A stretch of 63,989 nt of DNA, filler included, from Lenisia limosa (taxonomy: Eukaryota > Protista > Breviatea): NCBI GenBank assembly GCA_001655205.1. It is 13 parts of 13 records of this genome, joined end to end, with 100 filler letters (N's around TTAATTAATTAA, not from the genome) between each part and the next. Parts side by side here need not be neighbours in the genome. Positions count along the whole stretch, not along the records: positions 12,769 to 28,580 come from LPNZ01010977.1; positions 28,681 to 30,231 come from LPNZ01010906.1; positions 30,332 to 37,450 come from LPNZ01011167.1; 10 more parts are not named here. The stretch is one strand, 5' to 3'. The position numbers and the translations under genes are program-made. The notes below the pieces were generated by a model. The model did no database searches and had not been told where the DNA came from. It saw only the letters and a program-made list of their open reading frames with translations. This document shows, piece by piece, positions 24,425 through 34,900 of the stretch. Position 1 is the first letter of the stretch. The number at the start of each line of letters is the position of its first letter.

Positions 24425-26407
24425 ATGAAGTTAAGTGCAGCGGAACGTCGACAGTACCGGAAAGTCAAGGAACTCCTCTTGGAATGGAAGGAGCTTGTGG
24501 AGGTTTGCTCAAGTTGTTTTTAATTTATTTCAAGCAAAACAGTGTTTTTAGTGAATCAAGCAACTTTGTAACATCTTCCTATAAATAGAAAGATTTCATG
24601 ATATTCCATCTTTTGATGTTGTTTGAAAATTATTTAAATTTATTATCACTAAATTAACCATCTCTTTCCTTGCTCGTTTCTTGATTTTAAATACGGTGAA
24701 GATGAAGCATAGGTAGGGCTTCACTTCGGTTCAAAAAAAGACGGAATTTTTCGATAACTTCTCGAAAGCTATCATTATTTTACCGGTATTTTCCGAACCG
24801 AAAAGTGCCCCAAGCATAGGGGAATAACTCTCTGCACACAGCTTTCTGCGTGCCTCCCCAGCATACGATCTTATAGCTATTGTACACAAAAAAGAGACCT
24901 TTTATGTATTGTGACCGCGCTAAGTCCGGACACAATTGAACAAAGATAAAGCTCAATATCCGTGTCAGGACTTATCGCGGTCAGTACCCCACCCAAGTAA
25001 CCACCCAGGAAGTATTTGTCCAGATTGTTGGAATTGAAAAGACGCTGACAACGCTGAGTATACTCAAGGTTTGAATGTGGTTTTTGAGGGGGGTGTAATA
25101 CATACAATATATATTGATATAGTATATATACATATAGTACATATCACATTCTACTATAATTCTTGAATACTTTGGAAACAAACAAAGCTATTTGTACTTC
25201 ATACTGGGACAATTTGAAGTGATAAGTACCAGAATTTTATTTCAGACTATACAATTTCTGCTATATGATATCATATATTGTATTCAATTAATTGCTTCGA
25301 AATCGGAGTCAATGCCCAATACTCCTCTCATTTTGTTACGTATTTCAGAGGGTATTGACATTTTAGAAACCCTCATTTCTCCTGTCATTTTGCTGGATAA
25401 TACTTTCATTTTGCAACGTGTTGCGTAGCCGGATAACACTTTGGCACGTTGCGAATGACAAGATATAAACCCTCTAGTTTTGTCACTTGTTAACATTTTA
25501 GAAACCCTCTACGAGTTGGGGAGTCCTGGCCGACAATAAAGACTTCCAGACGAAATTGATCAATAGTCACGTGAGAGAAGTGTCGGCCTCGTTGAGGAAA
25601 ATCCATGTTGCAAGGTGAGGAGCTTATGTTTTCCATTTTAGCCCCCCCCCCCCTCACCTGTCTAGCTCTATTGTTTGTTATTGCTTGTTTTGTTTTTTGT
25701 TTATTTGGAGTTTAAGATTATTCGGTTCGTGATTAGTACCTTTACACCAATATATACATATGATATATATAATATATATATCATATACTATATATATAAT
25801 ATCTGCTGCACAGAAACCGTGCCATTTTTGCGATATAATATCATCTTCTATTACATGATATGGATATACATGTACTATAATGCATGTATCATATGTATCA
25901 TATAGTAGTAGAAATAAGGTTATGTAGGACGGAGCTAGAGACTCGTTGTGATGACATACAGAATTCCCNNNNNNNNNNNNNNNNNNNNNNNNNNNNNNNN
26001 NNNNNNNNNNNNNNNNNNNNNNNNNNNNNNNNNNNNNNNNNNNNNNNNNNNNNNNNNNNNNNNNNNNNNNNNNNNNNNNNNNNNNNNNNNNNNNNNNNNN
26101 NNNNNNNNNNNNNNNNNNNNNNNNNNNNNNNNNNNNNNNNNNNNNNNNNNNNNNNNNNNNNNNNNNNNNNNNNNNNNNNNNNNNNNNNNNNNNNNNNNNN
26201 NNNNNNNNNNNNNNNNNNNNNNNNNNNNNNNNNNNNNNNNNNNNNNNNNNNNNNNNNNNNNNNNNNNNNNATCGCTTATAACGTACAAGGAGCACCCAGA
26301 GGACCCCTATCTAAGCCGTGCGGACGTCTTTCCTCCAGACCCCCAAAACATGCCTGAACGCAGCCGACAGGACGCACTGCTATTGGCCCAGGAGGCACTT
26401 CAATGGT
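24425..26407 (+). CDS. Hypothetical multi-exon protein, partial
   Basis: Exons MKLSAAERRQYRKVKELLLEWKELVE|, KPSTSWGVLADNKDFQTKLINSHVREVSASLRKIHVAR|, EHPEDPYLSRADVFPP...EALQW| with GT-AG borders. Confidence 0.5.
24714..24811. mobile_element. MITE-A copy (degenerate right TIR)
   Basis: TAGGGCTTCACTTCGGTTCAAAAAAAGACGG...CCGAACCGAAAAGTGCCC. Confidence 0.8.
24911..24984. mobile_element. MITE-B-related short element
   Basis: GTGACCGCGCTAAGTCCGGACAC...GTGTCAGGACTTATCGCGGTCAG inverted ends; a partial relative lies at ~22360-22420. Confidence 0.6.
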
Positions 26408-26699
26408 GAGCTTTGGGAGCTCACATCAATTTGTTTCGTTTGAGTGCAGAGTTGTGATCATCGTTATTTTAGTTGAGAGTAATAATTATACTCCCAAAAT
26501 CGTAAGCCAATATTGATTTTTAAATTGAACTTATATTTTGGTGAGTGTGTAGCTGGAGGGGGGGAAGGGGAAAAATATTTCGAACGCCCCTTCCCCCGAC
26601 ATCAATAATATTCTTCATTGTAAACCCCTACCAATCTTGAACTGGCTCTTGGTTGAACATAGAGTCACAAAAACGTACCTTAATTCTTTGGACGGTAGC

Positions 26700-28020
26700 A
26701 ACCCTGATGATAACGGGTCCTGGAAGGCAGAGTTGGTTCTTTACTTTATTTTGCCATCATTTCATCTTCACAGTCTTGGTGTTACAGTTGAGTTGACAAA
26801 GCAGTTTCGCCAGCGATCGGTGAGAAACGTTCGTTACATTTTGGCCGCCGATAAATGGACAAAGTTGCTGCACCAGACCAAATGTAAGTACAAATACTGA
26901 TTCTTCTTGTATACTACCAATTTAGTAAGCAGGAAGAACAATCTATTGGCAGCCTGGATATGCTCACGGATGACGGTGATAAGGGCAATGGGAGACATAG
27001 AATCAGGGCGAGACTCAACAAGTGTACGGTCAGACCAGGGAAGGGTCTTATTCTCGAGGTTGACGAGGAAGGCATTCTGCTCGTTCTGGTCAAGCTTCTT
27101 GATGTAGGCAGCGATGAGGGACCAGTCACCTTCAGAGTCGTCGTTGGGCTTGGCAGCCTCAAAGCCAGCAATGGCCTCGTCGGTCGTGAGGAGGGCTGAG
27201 AATAGGGTGGTGCGAGGGGGGTACTAGAGAGGGATGGATGGTGAAAGCGACAGAGGGGTCAGGGAGGTGCTTGACAACCTGCCATGGGGAGATGGTGATG
27301 CCATTGGTAGACTTGAGGATGCCTGCGGCCTGGAAAGCGACAAAGGTGAGGCAGGGGTCTGAGGCAATGTTGAAGGCGCTTAATTGGTGTGAGAAAAGGC
27401 AACACAATATGAAAGACAAAATTGATTTCTGAACCATTTATTTGAATCAAAAAAAAGTGTTATGCTATTGAATACAAAATGAAACAAACTCAATCCGGAA
27501 AGCAGGGGGAATGAGAGGAGCCTTGCCAAGGATGGAAGTGAGGGAAGAGTGAAGGACAGCCTTGACCACGCCAAACGTCATACGGTCAACAGGTTGGAGG
27601 ACATGGGAAGTGTGGGAGGGGAGGATGTAGACGTGAATGTGGTGGAGGCGGAGGAGGATGAGGGCCATGGCGCAGTATCTGGAGGTGTGACCGTCCATCA
27701 CAATCACTGTCCAGGTGGAGGGTGGGAGACTGAGGCGCTTGCGCTCAGCCTCGACATTGGGGATGAAGACGTTTTTGGCCCAGTCGGTGAAGGACTCTCA
27801 AGTCTGCGAGGTGTAAAACAAGGTAAAATAAAGCTTACCACCATCTTTGCATAAACTAGCACACCCATACCACATATCAATTCGACATTCCCTTAAGCAT
27901 ACTTGCCATCCCTTGGTAGTGAACTTAATGAGGGCATCGTACCACTCAGCGATCTTAAGCTCAAAGGAGGCGGTCTTGTTCGCAAGCAGCATGAGAGAGG
28001 GAACCTTCTTACCACTGGAG
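26700..28020 (-). mobile_element. pogo/Tigger/Fot1-like (DDE_1) transposase gene, spliced, with an in-frame TGA; probably inactive; ends approximate
   Basis: KFTTKGWQ|T*ESFTDWAKNVFIP, VIVMDGHTSR and YILPSHTSHVLQPVDRMTFGVVK match DDE_1 catalytic motifs; TGA at 27798-27800. No TIRs located. Confidence 0.8.
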
Positions 28021-28778
28021 CTAGATATATGAAAATAGAATCACAACAAAATANNNNNNNNNNNNNNNNNNNNNNNNNNNNNNNNNNNNNNNNNNNNNNN
28101 NNNNNNNNNNNNNNNNNNNNNNNNNNNNNNNNNNNNNNNNNNNNNNNNNNNNNNNNNNNNNNNNNNNNNNNNGAGCAGATAGTTGTTATATATAAACTTA
28201 AACAATCCAAAGAACACCAACCTTCGTCATTTCTTAGTCTTCTCTGTTTTAACACAACGTCAGAAAAATACGGTTAACTTCCTACAACTTTTCTCTTTTG
28301 TTAATTAGCCAAGTTTGGGGGCAGTTATAGACTACTTTAAAATACATATTTAAAACCGTGAAGTCCTCGACGTGATAAAGGTAGTAAAAAGAGATAATGA
28401 GAGCATAAAAATGGTCATTATACCGGCACCTGGGGGGTTTATACAATGGCCGTCACCCTCCTGGAAAAAGAGACAAACAGGGGGGTGACGGTCATTGAAA
28501 AATAAAGGTGAAATGAGAAATTTCAAAAGAATAGTCACTTGCATAGTCCATTGTAGTGAAAGAAGCTATAGTTTGCCATTNNNNNNNNNNNNNNNNNNNN
28601 NNNNNNNNNNNNNNNNNNNNNNNNTTAATTAATTAANNNNNNNNNNNNNNNNNNNNNNNNNNNNNNNNNNNNNNNNNNNNTTACTATGATCGGTGGTATC
28701 ACCGCAGGTAAGGATTCATTTTGACTTTGACTTCGCCTGCTTTTTTACTCGGAATTTTGATGACGCTAACACTCCCAG

Positions 28779-30230
28779 GAGTCAACAACGCTTTCCTCGT
28801 TTCTGAAAATGCCGAATTAGCAATGCTATACAATGATCGCTCAGTGGGAAAGGGGGGGGGGGGCATTTNNNNNNNNNNCAGTCTTTTTTCAAACCGAAGT
28901 TAAGCCCTAATGGGTGATGGTGTGGACGGCTTCAAGCAGATACAACTGTTGATTTGAGCTTTTTGTTTCATAAATTTTCCAATTTTACTCCCCCCCCCCC
29001 CCNNNNNNNNNNNNNNNNNNNNNNNNNNNNNNNNNNNNNNNNNNNNNNNNNNNNNNNNNNNNNNNNNNNNNNNNNNNNNNNNNNNNNNNNNNNNNNNNNN
29101 NNNNNNNNNNNNNAAGCCGCACCAAAACTTCGTCAAAAGGCTCGGAGAACCCCTTCAAAGGGCCTTCCGCGATCGGGTGATCAATTTGGTCCTCGCAACC
29201 GACATGAAGAAGTGAGATTGAAACTTTTCATGTTTCATTTTTTTAATATATATATTTTTTTTCCCTTTTCCTCTTATCAAATTCCTCTTGACTAGCCTAA
29301 CCCTTTTAGTCATTTTGACTACATTACGCGCCTTAACACCAGACTGTCTGTCGGAGGTGAGGGGGAATGCCACAGAAAATTGTGTGTACAGAGGTTAGGT
29401 AAATGATTGGGTGAATTACTATGATACGTTGATTAGGGCTTTTGTTGTTTCATAAATTTTCCAATTTTACTCCCCCCCCCCCCCATCACTTCTTCAGGAC
29501 TGGACGAACAGTCGCCCCTTCCGGACGAGGATGTTTCGTTCTTCCTTGAGGTTGCAATTAAGCTGGCCGATATTGGCCATGGGCTTAAGGTGGGGGGGGG
29601 GTGTTTCAAAACAAGAAAAAGAAGAAAATAAGNNNNNNNNNNNNNNNNNNNNNNNNNNNNNNNNNNNNNNNNNNNNNNNNNNNNNNNNNNGAAGATATAG
29701 AGTGGCAAAACAAAAGTGGTGGGGATAGAGTGAAAAGGAGTGAAGAAGTGGAGGGGGGGCTATAATGCAGCTTTAATGACAGTATGTCTTTCAATTTTTG
29801 AAATTATTTCCCCAATTGCACGGAATCATAATTGTCACCTTTCAGGCTTGGACAGCAACCGAGGAATGGAGTAAAAGAATCCAAATGGAGTTCTTCCACC
29901 AGGTACGCCTCCCTCCTCCTACCACTACTACTTCCAAACACATATGATAGTTATACCTTATAATATGCATATTGGAATCATATAGTCATATAGTTTTACT
30001 ATAATGATGTCATATGATATACAGTGACCTAGTTAAGTCTTGACCGATTTTCCTTTGGGAAATCATATAGCAAATCGATCAAGACTTGTCACTATAGTTT
30101 TTAAACCGTATCTTTGTTTACATGATAGTATATATGATGCTATGTTATAGAGTATAATATGTATTTGACCTTGTTTCAGGGTGATTTGGAGCGCAAGGCG
30201 GGCCGCACGCCCTCGCCATTCATGGACAGG
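28779..30230 (+). CDS. Class I 3',5'-cyclic nucleotide phosphodiesterase, catalytic domain, partial
   Basis: GVNNAFLVSENAELAMLYNDRS, VINLVLATDMKK, IKLADIGH, WSKRIQMEFFHQGDLERK, SPFMDR. Confidence 0.92.
28948..29002 (+). repeat. IAE tail in a PDE intron
   Basis: GTTGATTTGAGCTTTTTGTTTCATAAATTTTCCAATTTTACTCCCCC. Confidence 0.8.
29428..29497 (+). repeat. IAE tail ending at a PDE acceptor
   Basis: GTTGATTAGGGCTTTTGTTGTTTCATAAATTTTCCAATTTTACTCCCC...TTCAG|exon. Confidence 0.8.
30022..30094. mobile_element. MITE-B copy (~78 bp, TIR CAGTGACCGGGATAAGTCTTGACCGATTT)
   Basis: TA-CAGTGACCTAGTTAAGTCTTGACCGATTTTCC...AAATCGATCAAGACTTGTCACT. Confidence 0.75.
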
Positions 30231-30903
30231 GNNNNNNNNNNNNNNNNNNNNNNNNNNNNNNNNNNNNNNNNNNNNTTAATTAATTAANNNNNNNNNNNNN
30301 NNNNNNNNNNNNNNNNNNNNNNNNNNNNNNNTCTGATATCATATTGACGAGTCGTAGCGGATAGGAAGACTTGGCTTCATATGAAATATTTTAACATACG
30401 ATCTTATAAATAAAACAAAAGAAAAATGTTTTATTTTATGCACACCAAGTATCATTCGGCCTCAAATCATTACCCCCAGTCCGCATTCAGACGATGGTCG
30501 AACCCTGGCGCCGCGTGTACCGGACCTGAACCTCAGCATGCCGCTCATGCGTGACGTGTCGCCGGCCCTGTCCAGGTTTGAATAATTGCATGTTACCTCA
30601 GGGAAGCCCCCCCCCCCCCNNNNNNNNNNNNNNNNNNNNNNNNNNNNNNNNNNNNNNNNNNNNNNNNNNNNNNNNNNNNNNNNCGATAAATCCTCGAAAA
30701 CGTTCGATATTTTCCCGGAAAACTGTTAAATTGAATAATAAAACTTGCATTCCCTTGGGAGACAGTCACAAGAGAGCACGAAGACTGAAATGGATGGGTC
30801 AAATTCCTGATTTCTCGATGCTCAATGCTCTTTTCTCTTTTCAAATGATTGTATCTTTCAATATCAATCAATTCATATACTGGATGCAGATTTGACCTTG
30901 TAG

Positions 30904-31018
30904 ATCCAGCTCCCCTGGTGACGGGGGGCACTTGTCGGAGCGAGAGGCCATGAAAGCAAGAGTCAAAGAGCGACTGGCCGAAAAGCGGAGGATGAAGGCT
31001 CTGGCCCAGCAGGGATAG
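30904..31018 (+). CDS. Probable last exon of a hypothetical protein
   Basis: TGTAG acceptor then ...HLSEREAMKARVKERLAEKRRMKALAQQG-TAG. Confidence 0.35.
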
Positions 31019-31948
31019 AGGTACGAGTAGGTGATGAAATTGTGAAAAATACAGCTTAATTACTTAACGCAACTGATAAGCAATTCAAGCAACCTTATAC
31101 CCCCAAATACCATAACCGTCATTAATGTTTTAGGTCCAATCGAGTGCGTGTAGGTTATTATGTTTGTTTCTTCTATGCCTGTATACTTTGCTTGTCAATA
31201 ATAGTGTGTGACTCTATGTCTCTGTTAGTGTTATTGATATAATATTGTGTTTATTATAGCTTGGAGTTGTCAAATTTTTAGCCGTACAATCCAGTTGTAA
31301 TCCAGTTACAATCATCCAATCAAAACAGTCAACTGACAATCAACATACTTTCAAGCAACATACAACAATTGCGCAACCAGATGAATATATCCAGCGTTCA
31401 GTTTGTGCCCACGAAAAATCCTTTATCCTTTACAAGTGAGCAATATAATTTTTTCAAGCATTGCGTATGAAATAACCCCTTTGTACAACGTGTATAAAAT
31501 AGGAATGGAAAGATAACTACGATAAGAGACAGAATGAATAGCCCCTTGCGATCGGCCTTTCTCATAGGCGTTGTCGCCCTTCTGGCCTTCTTGCCTGTCT
31601 TTGGTCACGAATGTATCCATGATCACCTTGAGGAGGTCTATGGTCAAGAAATTGAAGAACGCCGACTTGCGGTGGGTGTAGGGGTGTTATTATGAGTTAC
31701 CAAAGGTGTCTTTTTTTGTTTGTAAAGATCTATTAGCTGGCCATTTATCAGCTCCCATGTTGCTTTTTATTTCAATGCACAGTTGTCTTCATTTTTTTTT
31801 TTGCTTTTATACGATTGATATACCGCCTTCGACCCACCTTTTGTGTTATTTGTTTATTGTCACACCACCCGAAAGCATGGTTGTAATTGGACTTGCGGTT
31901 TGCCAGCACCCAGTCCCCTTGTTCCCAATTCTTGGCTGACGATTTCAG

Positions 31949-34900
31949 TCACGAGTGACCCGCGCAGCCCCGGGTCCTGCCACCCCCGCCCCGATCAGAA
32001 TTATCGTGCGGGGATACCGTGTTGGTGTTTTTTCGGGACTGTTAAGTAGTTAGACTTATTTGGTAGGATTTGATCATTGTTTACTTCCATGATTGAAATT
32101 TGTTTTCTTTATAAACGTGATAGTGGTGCAACTAATTGTAACACTTTTCTCACGTTTCAGTTTGATACAACCTATTTGGACATTGATAACCAAACCTGCT
32201 ACGACAGTACCGTGAAGATCAAGCGTGGAGGTGACACTGTGGAGGTGAGTCGTCTCGTTTTGAATCTTCGTTTTCGTTTTTCTATGGCAGTGAACTTCTT
32301 CTGTGATAGTGAACGATCTTTCAAACTGTCCGTCAATGCTTTGCCGATATTTCTTTTTTACCCCTGTCTTTGACCCTTCAGAGTGACCCAGACTGCAGTG
32401 CTAGCCTCGGCCCTTGCTATGAGAAATCCGCGGCTAGTTGCTCAACCTACACATCTGGTGTGAAGGCTTGGTTTCTTTTTCTTTTCTGACAAGTGATATC
32501 TGCCTTTCTTTCTTCACATTTTCCATTTTGCTTTTTTTCCATCTTACCCTGAAGGCTGCTGGTACACCTGTAAAGACGAGGACCGTTTCACCACCATTAA
32601 ACGGGCGCACTTATTAACCAAAATCATCCCTTACGTGGAGACTTATTTCACCGAAGTATGGCTATCGGCTATCTTGATAGCTTGCTCATTTTCTCCTTTC
32701 CACCCCAATCCTATCATTCAACCCCTTTATTGTCATCCAGCAGAGGGGATTTGGGCTTTGTTTTTGTTTCATAATTTTCCTTCGTTTTACTCCTCCCCCT
32801 CTAAGGCTCTCCAAGTTCGTTGGCCTGTCACGGGTAATTTAACCGTTTCTGCTGGGAGCTGTCTCCTCGTGGTGGGGGGGATGAGTGAAGTGTCGCTTCA
32901 ATCAACTCACACCATTACAGCAACATCAAACAACTCACACCATTGCAGCAACATCCCGATGTCTACGTGTCGCCTGGTGTGGAGAACACCGACATGGTTC
33001 TCTATCTGACAGTGAGGGAGTGGGGGGCTTCGCTTCGGTTCGAAAAAAAGAGTAAAGCTATTCGTTGCGTTATTTGAGAATTGTGTTTGGAAACTAAGAT
33101 TTAGCACACACAAGTTTACCCATTTTCTTCTACCACTAACGTTATTATTTGACAGGCTCGTGCGGTAGAAGGATCGACGATCGCCTTTGCAGCAGGGTGC
33201 GCATTTGACGACTTAAATAGGCCTACCTTTGGTCTGGTGAATTGGAAGTGAGGGGGCTGTGGGTCTAATAGGAACGGGTATTTTGTTCGAAGTGCCGTTC
33301 TTAATGGGAATTTTGATCGCTGAATCTCTTGTTTGTTTTTTCACCATCCAGCCCGGCTAAGCTGACTATTACGGATCTTGACTTTGAGTCACAAATCGGA
33401 ACTATCATTCATGAAGTGGGGGGATTGACAGAGAAATGGTAGTACAGTTCTTGATATATATAATAGAGCGATTAAGATACCCAAACAGAATAGTATTGTG
33501 TCAGTTTGGATGATTAATAGTTGATGAAAGACTTTTATTGCAGTTGTGAAGCACTAAATCGCACTCTGCGAATTTGAGATCTTAATATCTCATGATCCAG
33601 GTTACACACGCACTTGGCTTCACCAGTGGCTACACCACCTTCATCGTGGGTCCTTGGCAGCGTACTCATATCATATCATATCATATTATTATAATGGTGA
33701 ATTAATATTATACGAATCCAATATCTCTTGTGGACGGCTGCTGCTGCCTATTTTTGATTTCCCATCTCTTGACCGATTTGCTTTTTGATTTCCCAAAGAT
33801 AATCGGGCAAGTCTTATCCCGGTAACTGTATATGATACACATACAAGTTATATTAAAGCCGTACTGCATGAGCTCCCACCCCTTATTCCTGTGCTCATGC
33901 TTTACAACACCTTTGTATACGAATCAAGTATTGAACCCAAGGCCACCGCGATGGTGTGACCTTTGCACTACTCACGGTTTAGGATCTCTTTGTACTACTC
34001 ACGGTTTAGGATCGCGATGGCAATGCCCTCCCTAAAAGCAGCGTCATTGACCCTACCAACGTAAGTCCCGCTGCTATTTTGGGTGATTGGTTACATACGA
34101 ACGGGACAGCTCACCCCCCAGAACAAAAAGATGATCCTCCAGCCTGTCATTGATGCAGCACGGTTTGTGGGATAATTGACATCTGGCGAAAATACAGTAT
34201 CCCAGAGAGACTATTCTATTTTGGACAGTCATATTACCGCCTTTACGCTCAGGATCCACTTTGACTGCCCAACTCTCGACTACCTCCTTCTGGAAGACGG
34301 TGGCGGAACTGGAACATCGGGGTCGCACTGGGAGAAGAAGGTCGTGTACAACGAGTTGGAGGGAGGTGCAATTGGTTGCAGAAAGCTCTTTGCAGAGTAT
34401 GAGGCTGCTGAATTCGTTTCAATTCCCCTCTCTTCAAATCCCCTCCTCGACAATGCTAAGGATTTGGCCTTCATTGACATCATATTCATATAGCTAGTAC
34501 TATATACGCACTTGTACTGTATCACCCCCCAGGTACATGTCTGGAACTTCGTCATCGCATCCAGTCTTCTCGAACCTGACGCTAGCACTGTTCTACGGCA
34601 TGGGGTGGTACGATGTCAACTGGGACATGGCACAGAACCTCGTGTGGGGTCACAAGAAGGTGGGGGGTTGATTCCTCCATCCCTGAGTGTTGTTTACCCT
34701 TCTTATTCCCTTCTTATTCCCTTCTTATTCCTGGTTGAGATTCACACGTTATTGCGTGACTTATCAGGGATGTGCCTTTGTTGAGGGTGAGTGTACAAAG
34801 ACCAACTGGCTGTTTCCCGACCTTGAAGGCTCAGGCGACGGGCTTGACTCGCCGTATAAATGCGGCTATGTGTAAGGGGGTATGGACAAAGCTATGTATG

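Noticed and set aside
31423-31647. 74-aa minus-strand ORF MTIDLLKVIMDTF...
   Set aside because: No recognisable motif or confident splice context; insufficient support.
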